A DNA stretch of 64,000 nucleotides from an uncultured Planctomycetota bacterium (GTDB lineage Bacteria > Planctomycetota > Planctomycetia > Isosphaerales > Isosphaeraceae), in assembly GCA_963737655.1 (NCBI GenBank), contig CAVTTN010000002.1, positions 544,001 through 608,000 on the forward strand. Direction: 5' to 3'. The position numbers and the translations under genes were made by a program. Below are positions 10,511 to 21,369 of the stretch, piece by piece; the first letter of the stretch is position 1; each line of letters opens with the position of its first letter. The notes beneath the pieces are model-generated. The model was not told the origin of the DNA. It was given only the letters and a program-made list of their open reading frames with translations, and did no database searches.

Positions 10511-10710
10511 CTATCGTTCGTAGTGGTCCCTCTCCACGCCGTCGAAACCAACCCGAGTTACGGCAGCACTTCTTGAAGAGGAGCCCGCTGTGGCATGGGC
10601 AGGGGTCGTTGCGACCGAGCCGCTCGTGCAGTTCTTTTTCGCCGTGGACGACCCTGAGTCCCCGCTTGACGTGGGTCTCGCTCAGGATACCCCCTGCGGC
10701 GCTTGGACAT
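10511..10710 (-). pseudogene. small SEC-C motif protein with apparent frameshifts
   Basis: [28 protein letters not shown] start and [10 protein letters not shown] end each lie one base out of frame. Confidence 0.65.
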
Positions 10711-10889
10711 GAACTCGAAAGCAGGGCGTGTCGTCGTCGTACTCCGGTCGCATGGGACACCTCCTCGGATCGATGGTCAAAACTCGATGGTCCGTGTGTC
10801 AGGACGACAATCGTCCACCGATCCTGGAGAGACAGCCTGGATGGCGTTGAGGTTCGGTGGAGCGGGAGGCTCGCTTCTCGACGGGCCGA

Positions 10890-11576
10890 CTACTCGTCCT
10901 CGACGCCCTGCTCGTCGAACCACCGGGCCAGCCCCGCCTCCAATATGGTCATCGCCTCGGCCAGGGTCTCGGGAATGTCGTCTTCGAAGTCCATCCCGCC
11001 GTAGCCGATCGCCCGCACGACGAACCCGAAGCTCTGCTGATCGCCGATCTCGATGTATCCGTAGCCCCGGACGTACCGGGCGATGGCAGGGAACGTCGCC
11101 TCGACCTTCGACTGGGCCGAGGTCGGCTTGACCATCCCGGCCTTCTTCTCGTCCCGCTGCCGCCGGAGGTATGCCCGATACTCTGCCTCGATGGCGGGCA
11201 GACCACGTTTCACCGAGACTTCGACGCCGACTCCGATCTCTTCCAGATGGGGGAAGAGTTCCCGCCACTGGTGGTGCCCCCGAAGGCGGACGAGCCAGGG
11301 ACGGCGGGCGTTGCCGTCCAGCGGACGCTTCATGGCGTTGGCCAGGAGCATGGCGAGGTCGTTGACCGAGGGCCTGCCGTGGACGGGCAAGTCGGCCAGG
11401 AGCGAGCCGTCTTCCGTGACGACCATCCCGAGGTAGTGCGTCGTGTTCTGCATGATCGGCCTGGGCAACGCCTGGAAGTCGGCCTCCCAGATGTCGCCGC
11501 CCTCGGGGAGCCGTTTCAAGCGACTCTTGACGAACGCCACGCCCTTGCCCAGCTTGAGCCTCTCCTCTCCGGCCAC
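10890..11576 (-). CDS. hypothetical protein
   Basis: GTG 11576 after GAGGAGG; tightly packed with neighbours. Confidence 0.7.
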   Translation of the reverse strand: MAGEERLKLGKGVAFVKSRLKRLPEGGDIWEADFQALPRPIMQNTTHYLGMVVTEDGSLLADLPVHGRPSVNDLAMLLANAMKRPLDGNARRPWLVRLRGHHQWRELFPHLEEIGVGVEVSVKRGLPAIEAEYRAYLRRQRDEKKAGMVKPTSAQSKVEATFPAIARYVRGYGYIEIGDQQSFGFVVRAIGYGGMDFEDDIPETLAEAMTILEAGLARWFDEQGVEDE

Positions 11577-11578
11577 GA

Positions 11579-11938
11579 TCAATCCTCCTCGACGGCATCC
11601 CGTTCCGCCATGAAGTCGGACTCGTCGCCCTGGTGGAAGAAGATCATCCCCTTGAGCCGTTCGCCGTCCAGGACGGCCCATCCTCGGCCCTGGGCCGGGT
11701 CCATCTCGTCGTTCCCGTCCCAGGAGAATTCGACGGCGGGTTGCCCATCTCGCAGGACATCCCGATAGTCGATGCCGCCCCGGACGTAGCCGAAATGGAA
11801 CTCACCCCTCTGTCCCGGCTCGAACTCGATGAACGCCCGAACCTCCTCGTTGACGTAATCCTCGTCCCAGTTGCTCATCGAGGCGATGTGCCAGCGGCCA
11901 AGGAAGGGTGAGTTGGGCTTGGGTTTCTTCTTGGCCAT
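11579..11938 (-). CDS. conserved hypothetical beta-rich protein
   Basis: GRWHI, EFSWDGNDEMD, GRGWA, FHQGDES motifs. Confidence 0.75.
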   Translation of the reverse strand: MAKKKPKPNSPFLGRWHIASMSNWDEDYVNEEVRAFIEFEPGQRGEFHFGYVRGGIDYRDVLRDGQPAVEFSWDGNDEMDPAQGRGWAVLDGERLKGMIFFHQGDESDFMAERDAVEED

Positions 11939-11941
11939 CGT

Positions 11942-12622
11942 CTATCCTCGGTCTTCTCCCGCCAACGCCCTCTTCAAGGGGCATTCCTCCCCGACCGTCT
12001 CACCACGACGATAGCGGGCCAGCAAATCCTGAGAGCGTCGGGCGAGCATCCGACGGACCTCACGACGCTTGCCCTTGACCCTCGGGATCGTCATCCCATC
12101 GTAGCCGGTCGTCTGGTGACGCATCCAGGCGATCACGGCAGCCTCGGCCCGCCGCTCGACTGGGATTCGCTCGGTCCTGGCGACCGTGCCGCTCCCGACC
12201 GGCGTTGCGTGTGTCGTAACGGCCTTTGCCACCCGGTCGGACAGGTCGGCGTGGGCGGGATGGAAGGCGAGAAACGTCACAACCGCCCCGTGGAAGTCCT
12301 CGACGTACTCGGCCTGGGCCTTCTCACGACGCCGGGCAGCGACCTCCTGCTTCTTGGCGTAGCCCTCGGTGGACCGCTCGGCTTCGAGTTCGACCCGAAG
12401 TCTGTCGATGGTTGCCGACGCCGCCCAGATGCCTCTGGAGAACATCCTCCTCCCTACCTTCTCCTGGACGACCCAATGATCCCCGGCGGCTTTCACCCGC
12501 CTCGTCAGCCCGGCGTCTCCGGGCGGCAGGAGCGTCCAGCCGTCCGGGACGGTGAGAATCTTTCCGTCGGTTTTACGGACGGTATTCGGGGTCGGGCCGG
12601 GGCCGAATGTGTTGTCTTCCAT
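11942..12622 (-). CDS. DUF2293 domain protein
   Basis: HATPVGSGTVART, AVIAWMRHQTTGYD. Confidence 0.85.
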   Translation of the reverse strand: MEDNTFGPGPTPNTVRKTDGKILTVPDGWTLLPPGDAGLTRRVKAAGDHWVVQEKVGRRMFSRGIWAASATIDRLRVELEAERSTEGYAKKQEVAARRREKAQAEYVEDFHGAVVTFLAFHPAHADLSDRVAKAVTTHATPVGSGTVARTERIPVERRAEAAVIAWMRHQTTGYDGMTIPRVKGKRREVRRMLARRSQDLLARYRRGETVGEECPLKRALAGEDRG

Positions 12623-12717
12623 ATGCTCTCGAATTCTCCATCCCACCGACTGATGCACCCCGCACGCCCCGTCGCTCCTTCATCGTTCTGCCCAGCGACT
12701 CGAACAAGCTCAGGGGC

Positions 12718-13332
12718 TCACTTCATGGCCCGGCCACGATACATCGTCCCGTGCGTCCTCGGCAGCCCACCCATCTCGAACCGATCCACCTCGACCTGCC
12801 CGAACGGCTGGCCCCGGACGACGGCCTCGACGTCCAGGTCCAGGCGGCATCCATCGGCCAGGAACCGTTCGATCGGGTTGAGCCGACGTTGCCACATCTG
12901 GACCTTGGGTTCTTCGCTCTGGCCGTGCTCCAGGAAGACGAACCGCCCGCCCGGCCTCAGGACCCGGTAGACCTCGCCCAGGGCACGCCCGACGTCGGGG
13001 ATGCTGCACAGGGTCCAGGTGCTCACGACGCAATCGAACGTTCCGTCCTCGAAGGGCAAGGATTCACCGCCCGAGGCCCGCTGATCCACCTCGATGCCGC
13101 TGCTTGCGATCCGCTTCGCCGCCAGCTTGTTCATGCCGGGATTGGGATCGACCGTCGTGATCCTGCGGACGTGCTCGGGATAGTGTGCCAGGTTCAGGCC
13201 GGTGCCGAAGCCGACCTCCAGGAGGTCGCCGCCCACGTCGGCCAGGGCGTCCTTGCGGAGTTCGGTCAGGACGGGCAGGCCCATGAGCCGGTCGCAGAGC
13301 CGTGGGAAGATATGCCGGGAGTAGAAGCCCAT
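12718..13332 (-). CDS. class I SAM-dependent methyltransferase
   Basis: LEVGFGTGLN, LPFEDGTFDCVV, RVLRPGG. Confidence 0.93.
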   Translation of the reverse strand: MGFYSRHIFPRLCDRLMGLPVLTELRKDALADVGGDLLEVGFGTGLNLAHYPEHVRRITTVDPNPGMNKLAAKRIASSGIEVDQRASGGESLPFEDGTFDCVVSTWTLCSIPDVGRALGEVYRVLRPGGRFVFLEHGQSEEPKVQMWQRRLNPIERFLADGCRLDLDVEAVVRGQPFGQVEVDRFEMGGLPRTHGTMYRGRAMK

Positions 13333-13377
13333 CGTCTGTACCGTCCCTTCGAGTCAGCGAGCAAGCGGACCGGGGGC

Positions 13378-13845
13378 TTATTTCACCTTGAACGACACCA
13401 GGGTCACGTCGATCGGGGCGTCCGACTTCGAGAACTCATCGAGCATCATTGACTTCGCCCGCTCCCGGTCGAACCCGCCCGAACCGGCCCCGAGCAGGGG
13501 GAAGGCGATGGACCGGAAGCCGTGCTGCCGTGCCAGGTCCAGGGCGTTGCGGACGGAATCCCGGATCGACCGCTCGGACGCCCTCCAGAGCGAGTTGATC
13601 CCGGCGACGTGGATGATCGCCCTGAAGGGCAACCGCCCCGCCGAGGTCAGCACGGCCCCGCCGAGCGGAATCGGGCCGAGCTTGCCAAGTTCCCGGAACG
13701 GGCCTGTCCCGCCCCGCCTCTTGATCGCCCCGGAGACTCCCTGGGGCAGGAGCAGCCACCACGGGATCACGTTCCGGTTCCAGGCGTTGACGATCACCTC
13801 GACGTGCTGGTCCAGGAGGTTGCCCTCGACGACGACGGCGTTCAT
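13378..13845 (-). CDS. macro domain (ADP-ribose binding/hydrolase) protein
   Basis: IVNAWN, GVSGAIKRRGG, AIIHVAG, SIAFPLLGAGSGG. Confidence 0.92.
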   Translation of the reverse strand: MNAVVVEGNLLDQHVEVIVNAWNRNVIPWWLLLPQGVSGAIKRRGGTGPFRELGKLGPIPLGGAVLTSAGRLPFRAIIHVAGINSLWRASERSIRDSVRNALDLARQHGFRSIAFPLLGAGSGGFDRERAKSMMLDEFSKSDAPIDVTLVSFKVK

Positions 13846-14149
13846 GAGGTTTCCGGCCTTCCCTGCCTCGAATCCGCACGGGTAAGACGACTGTGCGTTC
13901 GTCCCGGACATGGCCCGTGTTTAACGTGAACGAGAGACCGCCGCCGAGGAGGAGACCACATCGGCGTCCGGGTCCCTCCATGATACGGACTTCCCGAACT
14001 CAGGATCGCACCCTACCATGACCCGGAAGGCGTTGAAGCGATTTCCGAGGATCGCACTTTCGCCCCCGCTGAGCGGGTAGCTATCATCGCCCTCGAACGA
14101 TCCCGACGGTCCTTCGAGAGATCATGAACCTGCGGGATGGAGAAGGCTG

Positions 14150-14881
14150 ATGTACGAGAAAAAGGTAGCCCCGATCACCGGGGCGAACAAAGGGATCGGG
14201 TTCGAGATCGGTCGTCAACTCGGCAAGCTCGGCTTCACCGTCGTCCTCGCCGCCCGTGACGAGGCCAAGGTCAACGCCGCCGCCCACCGGCTCCGGGGCG
14301 AGGGCCTGGACGTCCAGGGGGTCGTGCTCGACGTCACGGACCCCGCCACCTCCGAAGCCGCCGCCCGATGGCTCGATAGGCGATACGGTCGCCTCGACGT
14401 CCTGGTCAATAACGCCGGGATCAGCCAGGAATTCGCCGGGCACACGAGGCCGTCGGATCTGGACCTGGGGACTTTGAAGGCGACCTACGAGACCAATTTC
14501 TTCGGGGCTTTCGCCGTCATCAAGGCGTTCCTGCCCCTGCTGAGGAAGTCCTCATCGGCCCGGATCATCAACCAGTCCTCGACGCTGGGCTCGCTCGGCA
14601 TCCTCAGCGACCCAGGCGGGGCGTGGTACGGCGTCAACCTGCTGGCCTACAACTCGTCGAAGTCGGCGTTGAACGGCCTGACGGTGGCCTTCGCCAAGGA
14701 CCTCGCCGGGGACCGGATCTCGGTGAACTCGACCTGCCCCGGCTGGGTCAAGACCGACATGGGCTCCGACGCCGCCCCACGCTCGGTCGAGCAGGGAGCG
14801 GCCATCGCCGTGAAGCTGGCGACGATGGACGACCCGCCGACCGGGAAGTACCTGGACGACAACGGCGAGATCCCCTGGTAG
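14150..14881 (+). CDS. SDR family oxidoreductase (carbonyl-reductase-like)
   Basis: TGANKGIG, NNAG, YNSSK, CPGWVKTDM. Confidence 0.93.
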   Translation: MYEKKVAPITGANKGIGFEIGRQLGKLGFTVVLAARDEAKVNAAAHRLRGEGLDVQGVVLDVTDPATSEAAARWLDRRYGRLDVLVNNAGISQEFAGHTRPSDLDLGTLKATYETNFFGAFAVIKAFLPLLRKSSSARIINQSSTLGSLGILSDPGGAWYGVNLLAYNSSKSALNGLTVAFAKDLAGDRISVNSTCPGWVKTDMGSDAAPRSVEQGAAIAVKLATMDDPPTGKYLDDNGEIPW

Positions 14882-14904
14882 CGGGTGGTTGGCCGAGGAC
14901 TTCT

Positions 14905-15771
14905 TCATGATGCGAAGAAGCCCAGGAGTTGATCGACGAGGTACTCGGGCCGCTCCTCGGCCACCCAATGGCCGCACTCCGGGATGACCCCGCCACGCAC
15001 GTCATCGGCCACGGCCCCGTAGAGCTTCTTCGTGATCTCGCCCAGCGACAACTCACCGCCGAGGGCCAGGACCGGCAGCTTGAGCTTCGTACTCGCCCAT
15101 TCGGCCACCTGCCGGGCATCCTCGGGGAAGGCCCGGTAATGGGCGAACCCGGCACGTAACCCGCCGGGAGCTGAGTAGCAGCGGACGTACTCGGCGATCT
15201 CCTCCTCGCCGATCGCCGCCTTGTTGTAGGCGAAGGTCTTGTAGAACCACGTCAGGTACGTCCGCTCCCGCCCCGCCACGAGGGCCTCCGGCACGTCGGG
15301 GGCCTGGTGGAACATGAAGTGCCAGAGCATGTGGTTGAGGTCGTCCACCCCCTCGACCTTCACACCCAAGAGCGGGGCATCCACGACCGCCAGTGCCCTG
15401 ACATCACCCGGCCACCGGGCGGCATAGGCGTAGGCGACGGGGCCTCCGAGGTCGTGCCCGACCAGACGGATCGGACCAAGCCCGAGATGCTCGACGAGCC
15501 CACGGATGTCGCCCGATAGCGTGCGTAGGTCATAGCCGGTCTCCGGCCTGGAAGAGTCGCCCAGGCCCCGCAGGTCGGGGGCGATGACCGTGTAGCGCCC
15601 GGCCAGGGCGGGCATTAACCGTCGCCACTCGAACCACGTCTGGGGCCAGCCGTGCAGCAGGACCACGGGATCGCCTTCGCCGCCGATGACGTAGTGGACC
15701 TGAACGTCGTCGAGTCGGCAGACGTGGTGGGCGAATCTCTCGGAGAACGGCATGTCGGCGTCCTCGGTCAT
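14905..15771 (-). CDS. alpha/beta hydrolase (epoxide-hydrolase-like)
   Basis: LLHGWP, PDLRGLG, GHDLGG, CGHWVAEERP. Confidence 0.93.
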   Translation of the reverse strand: MTEDADMPFSERFAHHVCRLDDVQVHYVIGGEGDPVVLLHGWPQTWFEWRRLMPALAGRYTVIAPDLRGLGDSSRPETGYDLRTLSGDIRGLVEHLGLGPIRLVGHDLGGPVAYAYAARWPGDVRALAVVDAPLLGVKVEGVDDLNHMLWHFMFHQAPDVPEALVAGRERTYLTWFYKTFAYNKAAIGEEEIAEYVRCYSAPGGLRAGFAHYRAFPEDARQVAEWASTKLKLPVLALGGELSLGEITKKLYGAVADDVRGGVIPECGHWVAEERPEYLVDQLLGFFAS

Positions 15772-15847
15772 GTCGGACTCCCCCTCATCGAGCCCCGGCA
15801 TCCGGGGGCATCCGCCTCAACCGCAGCCCGGCCCACCCGTCGCACCG

Positions 15848-16329
15848 CTAGCCGTTGGGCCGGATCTCGATGCCGTACTTCGGGGCGACCGAGGCCATCT
15901 TCTCCAATTCCTGGGGCGACGGGGGCGAGGGTTTCGCCGCCGGATCGGTGACGACGGTGCCCGCCTCCTCGAACATCTTCTCCATGCCCGCCGGGGCCAC
16001 CAGGATCAGCATCCGGGCGTCCGCCTGCGTCTCGTTCTTGAAGGTGTGGAGGACGCCCCTGGGGACGTTCAGGAACGATCCCGTGCGGGCGATCACCTTC
16101 TGGCCGTCGGCGACGAAGGTGATCTCCCCCTCCAGGACGTAGAAGCCCTCGTCCTCCCGGCTCTGCTGTGCGGGGGTGGCCCGCCGCCTGGGGGCACGAC
16201 GGCCTCCCAGATAGCGTAGCTCCGGCTAGTGTCCTCCCCCTCGGACAGGAAGGTGTAGAGGTCGCCAGCGACGGCGATCTTTTTCCCCTCACCGGGCTGG
16301 ACGACCTTGGCCTCGGCATGATCGCTCAT
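15848..16329 (-). pseudogene. cupin (quercetin dioxygenase-like) protein, frameshift near 16165
   Basis: PPGGGPPPHS in one frame, REDEGFYVLEG...PRGVLHTFKN in another. Confidence 0.75.
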
Positions 16330-16579
16330 CGGTCTCTTGCCCCTCGGAACAGGTTGTCGCCCTCGATTTTCCCCGACATGAGTCCCGTGGCGACAAATTT
16401 TTTGGGAAAGCTCGCCGCAGCTTACGTGCCGAGCTTCGGACTTCGGGCCGGGCAGACCGCAAAGATGCCGGGTCGTCCTGCGAACCGAACCGACCCCGAT
16501 CCTGTCCGACGGAGGAGGCTTCGTGGACAGTCGGATCGATCGTCAAGCTCGGGTGAGCCTCCCGATCGGAGGCAATTTC

Positions 16580-17032
16580 GTGGAAGCCGTGGTCTTCATA
16601 GGGCTGCAAGGGGCGGGGAAGTCCACGTTCTGCCGGGAACGCTTCTTCCACAGCCACGTCCGCATCAGCCTGGACATGCTGAAGACCCGCCATAGAGAGG
16701 GTCGTCTGCTGCGAGCCTGCGTCGAGGGCCTCCAGCCCTTCGTCGTGGACAACACGAACCCCACGAGGGCCGAGCGGGCGATATACATCGGGGCAGCACG
16801 GGATGCCGGGTTCCGGGTCGTCGGGTACTACTTCCGGTCCCGAGTCGAGGATTGCCAGCGACGGAACGAGCGGCGATCGGCGGATCAGAGGGTGCCGCTG
16901 AAGGGTATTCTCGGGACGGCGGGCAGGTTGGAACTTCCCACGTTGGACGAGGGGTTCGACGAACTCCGCTACGTCAGGATCGACGAGTCGGTTGGCTTCG
17001 TGGTCGAAGGGTGGCGTGATGAAGATCGATGA
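16580..17032 (+). CDS. P-loop kinase, polynucleotide-kinase-like (AAA_33)
   Basis: GLQGAGKST, RISLD, VVDNTN...R; GTG after GGAGG. Confidence 0.88.
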   Translation: MEAVVFIGLQGAGKSTFCRERFFHSHVRISLDMLKTRHREGRLLRACVEGLQPFVVDNTNPTRAERAIYIGAARDAGFRVVGYYFRSRVEDCQRRNERRSADQRVPLKGILGTAGRLELPTLDEGFDELRYVRIDESVGFVVEGWRDEDR

Positions 17033-17808
17033 CCTCGATGGCCGGATGCGGGCGTTCGAGGCGGTCCTGGACCCGACGGTGCTGCCCGGCGTGTTCATGG
17101 TGGCCCGCCTGGACGGGCGGAATTTCACCCGCCTGACCAAGGAACTCCACCCTTTCGAGGCTCCCTTCGACCGGCGGTTCCACGACCACATGCTCAGGAC
17201 GACCGAGCACCTGATGAGCGGCTGCGGGGTCAAGGTCGCCTACGGCTACACGCAGAGCGACGAGATCAGCCTGCTCTTCGGGCTCGAAGCGGATGGCTTC
17301 GGGCGGCAGACTCCGCAAGCTGCTGTCGATCCTCGCTGGCGAGGCCAGTGCCCGGTTCACCCTGCTCCTGAAGGCGGCGGCGGTGTTCGACTGTCGGATC
17401 TCGCAACTCCCCTCGGTCGAGTTGGTCGTCGATTACTTCCGGTGGCGTGCCGAGGACGCCCACCGCAACGCCCTGAACGCCCATTGCTATTGGCTCTTGC
17501 GGAGGCAGGGCCGGGATGTCGGCCAGGCCACCGAGGCGTTGCGGGGGCTGTCCACGTCGGCCAAGAACGAGTTGCTCTTCCAGGGCGGCATCAACTTCAA
17601 CGACCTGCCCTCGTGGCAGAAGCGGGGTTCGGGACTGTACTGGGAGGAGTTCGAGCGGCCCGGCGAGAACCCCGTCACCGGGGAGCGGGTGGTGGCCAGG
17701 CGTCGGCGGATCTGCCACGAACTCGAACTGCCCGTGAAGGACGCCTACTCGGCGTTCCTCCGTGACCTGATCGAGAAGACGGGGGCCAGCCGTGGGCAGG
17801 TCGCATGA
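17019..17808 (+). pseudogene. thg1: tRNA(His) guanylyltransferase Thg1-like protein, 1-nt frameshift near 17305
   Basis: RLDGRNFTRLT, YTQSDEISL in frame 1; FDCRI, DYFRWRAEDAHRNALN, INFNDLPSWQKRG in frame 2; probably intact in vivo. Confidence 0.88.
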
Positions 17809-18532
17809 GGAGTTCGTCAAGTATCCCAGGACGCCGCACCTGTTCGGCTCGAAGGGGACGGATGACGACAAGCACATGGGCGAGGCCGAGTCGTTGCGAT
17901 TCGTCGCCGACCGTTCGCTGATCGTCGAGGAGAAGATCGACGGCACGAACGTCGGCATCCACTTCGCCGCCGACGGCAAGATGGCCCTCCAGTGCCGGGG
18001 GCACCTGATCACCGAGGGGATGCATCCGCAGTACGACCTGTTCAAGCAATGGGCCGTCGTCAAGCGTCCCGTGCTCGAAGATCGGCTGGAGGATCGCTAC
18101 ATCCTGTTCGGCGAGTGGGCCTATGCCCGGCACTCGGTCCACTACCGGAGGCTCCCTCATTATTTCTTCGAATTCGACATCTTCGACAAGCAGGCCAGGG
18201 CCTTCCTCGACCTGGCACGACGCCTGGAGTTGCTCGAAGGCTCGGGAATCCAGACGGTCCCGGTGCTCCATCGAGGGGCACTCGACCGGGAACGACTCCT
18301 CGCTCTCATCGGGCCGTCCCGCTTCGACAGCCAGTTCGAGAACCCGATGACCAAACACACCGACAACCTCATGGAAGGGCTCTACCTGAGGACCGAAGCG
18401 GGCGGGTTCGTGACCGGGCGGGCCAAGGTCGTCCGGCCCGAGTTCGTGGAGAAGGTCAAGCGGAGCGAGCACTGGCAGTACCAGGCCATGAGGCCCAACC
18501 AACTCAAAGAAGGGGCGGATCTCTGGTCATGA
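17792..18532 (+). CDS. ATP-dependent RNA ligase family protein
   Basis: KYPRTPHL, motif I EEKIDG, FGEW, EFDIFD, EGLYLR, RAKVV. Confidence 0.9.
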   Translation: MGRSHEEFVKYPRTPHLFGSKGTDDDKHMGEAESLRFVADRSLIVEEKIDGTNVGIHFAADGKMALQCRGHLITEGMHPQYDLFKQWAVVKRPVLEDRLEDRYILFGEWAYARHSVHYRRLPHYFFEFDIFDKQARAFLDLARRLELLEGSGIQTVPVLHRGALDRERLLALIGPSRFDSQFENPMTKHTDNLMEGLYLRTEAGGFVTGRAKVVRPEFVEKVKRSEHWQYQAMRPNQLKEGADLWS

Positions 18533-19638
18533 ACTGGGACGACCTTCGGAAAGCCACGCTCGATGACATCGTGGCCTGGGCCGGGGACCAGCCCTGGGCC
18601 GAGGTGATGGCGGCATGCGGCCAGGACGCCGGGTGGCACGCCGAGGGGGACGTCTGGACCCACACGCAGATGGTCTGCCACCAACTGCCGGAGCTTGAGG
18701 GCTGGGCGTCTCTCGCCCCTCAGGAGCGGACCGTCCTGATCTTCACGGCCCTGTTCCACGACTCGGGCAAGCCGCTCACGTCGCTGGTCGATCCGATCTC
18801 CGGGCGGATCATAACCCCCAAGCACGCCGTCAAGGGGGAACACCTCGCCCGGTCGGTCTTGCGGGACCTCGGGTGCGACCTGCCGACCCGAGAGGAGATC
18901 GCCCGGCTGGTCCGGTTCCACGGACGCCCGCCGTTCCTCCTCGAAAAGCCCGATCCGGCCCACGAGGTCGTCTCGCTCTCCTGGCTCCTCAGCAACAAGC
19001 TGCTCTACCTTTTCGCCCTCGCCGACACCCGTGGTCGCAGAACCGCCGAGATGGCCCGACCCGAGGAGAATCTCCACCTCTGGAAACTCGTCGCCGAGGA
19101 GAACGGCTGCTTCGATCGCCCGTATCCGTTCGCCAACGACCAGGCACGCTTCCTGTTCTACCGCCAGGTGGAGCCGAACCTCCACTACGTCCCCTTCGAG
19201 GACTTCCGCTGCACGGTGACGATGATGTCGGGGCTCCCCGGCTCGGGCAAGGACACCTGGCTGGCGACGAATCGCCCCGAGCTTCCCGTCGTCTCGCTCG
19301 ACGGGGTACGATCGGAACTAGACATCGAGCCGACCGACGACCAGGGCGAGGTCGTCCAGGTCGGCAGGGAACGGTGCCGGGAATTCCTCCGCTCGGGCCG
19401 GTCGTTCGCCTTCAACGCCACCAGCCTGCTGCGTCTAACCAGGCAACGCTGGATCGACCTGTTCGCCGACTACCAGGCCCGGATCGAGATCGTCTACGTC
19501 GAACCCCCCTTGTCGAGCATCCTCGCCCGGAACAACAGGCGGAGGAATCCTGTCCCCGAGAAGGTCATCCGAGGGCTTGCGGCCAGGTGCGAACCCCCGA
19601 CGATGACCGAGGCTCATGGATTGTCGATGAGTGATTGA
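18529..19638 (+). CDS. HD phosphohydrolase fused to P-loop kinase (Pnkp-like end-healing enzyme)
   Basis: [17 protein letters not shown], then [21 protein letters not shown] overlap with ligase. Confidence 0.88.
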   Translation: MNWDDLRKATLDDIVAWAGDQPWAEVMAACGQDAGWHAEGDVWTHTQMVCHQLPELEGWASLAPQERTVLIFTALFHDSGKPLTSLVDPISGRIITPKHAVKGEHLARSVLRDLGCDLPTREEIARLVRFHGRPPFLLEKPDPAHEVVSLSWLLSNKLLYLFALADTRGRRTAEMARPEENLHLWKLVAEENGCFDRPYPFANDQARFLFYRQVEPNLHYVPFEDFRCTVTMMSGLPGSGKDTWLATNRPELPVVSLDGVRSELDIEPTDDQGEVVQVGRERCREFLRSGRSFAFNATSLLRLTRQRWIDLFADYQARIEIVYVEPPLSSILARNNRRRNPVPEKVIRGLAARCEPPTMTEAHGLSMSD

Positions 19639-19707
19639 TAAACCCGATCGCCAGCGAATGGATGTCATTCATACGGCATCGTAAATGTGCTTCGCAACGA
19701 GGACACG

Positions 19708-20271
19708 ATGGGCAAGGTCTACGGGCGGTTGGACGACAAGCTGGTCGAGTTCATAGGGCGGCAGCACGTGTTCTTCGTCGGCACGGCACCGGATGCCCCC
19801 GACGGCCATCTGAATATCTCGCCCAAGGGGTTGGATACCTTCCGCATCCTCGGGCCGAACTCGGTGGCCTACCTCGACCTGACCGGCAGCGGGATCGAGA
19901 CGGTCGCCCACCTCAGGCAGAACGGGAGGATCACGATCCTGTTCTGCGCCCTCGAAGGCAGACCGCTCGTCGTGAGGCTCTACGGGAGGGGCGGGGTCGT
20001 GGAGCCCTGCGACCCGGAGTGGGGTGGCCTGATCGCCGAGTTCCCCGAATATCCCGGTGTCCGCTCAGTCATCGTCGTAGACGTCGAGCGGATCGCCGAC
20101 TCGTGCGGCTACGCCGTGCCCCTCTACGAGTATAAAGGCGAGCGGTCGCAGTTGATCGCCTACGCCGAACGGAATGGGCCGAAGGGCATGGAGGCGTACA
20201 AGGCCCAGAAGAACAGGTCGAGCATCGACGGAATCGCCGGGTTGCGGTCGGCGGGGGGAGACGAGCGATGA
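19708..20271 (+). CDS. pyridoxamine 5'-phosphate oxidase family protein
   Basis: FFVGTA, NISPKG, LTGSGIETVAHL, SCGYAVP. Confidence 0.9.
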   Translation: MGKVYGRLDDKLVEFIGRQHVFFVGTAPDAPDGHLNISPKGLDTFRILGPNSVAYLDLTGSGIETVAHLRQNGRITILFCALEGRPLVVRLYGRGGVVEPCDPEWGGLIAEFPEYPGVRSVIVVDVERIADSCGYAVPLYEYKGERSQLIAYAERNGPKGMEAYKAQKNRSSIDGIAGLRSAGGDER

Positions 20272-20780
20272 GTCCGAGCGACTCGACGATCAGGGTGGTG
20301 GACGCCGGTGGCGAGGCGAGCCTGGGACTTGTCGAGCACCTGTTCCGGTCGTATGCCGCTGAATTCGCCGCATCGATCGCCGAGACGCTCTGCTTCCAGG
20401 GCTTCGATGCCGAGGTCGCCGGTCTTCCGGGCCGATACGCCCCGCCGTCCGGGTGCCTGATCCTGGCGATCGATGGGGACATCGCCGCCGGGTGCGTGGC
20501 AATGCGGGACCTCGGCAACGGCACATGCGAGATGAAGCGACTCTACGTCACACCCGAATATCGTGGCCGGGGCCTGGGCAGGTCCCTGGTCGAGAAGGTC
20601 GTCCGCAGGGCCGAGCGGATGGGCTACCGTCGGATGGTGCTGGACACGATGCCCGAGATGGCCGGGGCCGTCGCCCTCTACCGGGCCTGCGGGTTCGTTG
20701 TGACCGCTCCCTATTGGGATCATCCGGCGGGGCGGGCCGTCTTCATGGAGAGGGCGCTCAGCGGAATTCGGCCATCCTGA
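20268..20780 (+). CDS. GNAT N-acetyltransferase
   Basis: CEMKRLYV, RGRGLGR, LDT...A..LY...GF. Confidence 0.92.
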   Translation: MSPSDSTIRVVDAGGEASLGLVEHLFRSYAAEFAASIAETLCFQGFDAEVAGLPGRYAPPSGCLILAIDGDIAAGCVAMRDLGNGTCEMKRLYVTPEYRGRGLGRSLVEKVVRRAERMGYRRMVLDTMPEMAGAVALYRACGFVVTAPYWDHPAGRAVFMERALSGIRPS

Positions 20781-21369
20781 GAGTTGCCCTACGAGGAGGT
20801 GGGGTGATCGATACGACCTGAGAGGCAGACGGGCTCAGGAAGGCGCACAGTCAGAATTGATTCATGACCTCAGGCAATATAATTCCCTTTCATGAGTGGT
20901 GGCCAGTCGCCAAGAGGAACTGTACTACATATTTATCTATTGATTGATTTTTTGATTACGTAAGATTTGGCAAACGAGTCGTGACCGGAGCGGCCAGCCA
21001 ATCGAAGTCTGAGGGCATGTGCGGGCTGTGAGTGCGGCGGTCGTGTATGTCCAACAAACGACCTAGCACAGGTCCGCTGAGGGGGTGGTCCTGGGCAAAA
21101 ATGTCACCCGCCGATTCAGGTTGTGAAATCAAACTTGAACCCCATCGTGGCGAAGGGCTCTCTCCTACTACGTGACCCTGATGATCTCGTAGATGGTGTT
21201 GCTCACCCGAGCAGATTCGCCCTCTCTACACGAAAGGAAATTCCTGGGAGATCGGCCTTCCACGTTGGATTTTGCAAGGTAAGATCACATCCCAGTCGGA
21301 CCGAGTGAGTCCGGCCAAGTGGTCGATGAAGACCACGAAAGATGAACTCCGTGAATGGATCTGCATCAC

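Noticed and set aside
5201..13845. integron-like cassette array of short co-oriented genes
   Set aside because: No repeated attC-like spacers or integrase seen; genes mostly overlap directly.
17992..19638. 548-aa ORF (likewise 35093..36580 and 44418..45302)
   Set aside because: The N-terminal extensions overlap real genes in other frames and are Arg/Pro/Gly-rich; the true starts are 18529, 36083 and 44822.
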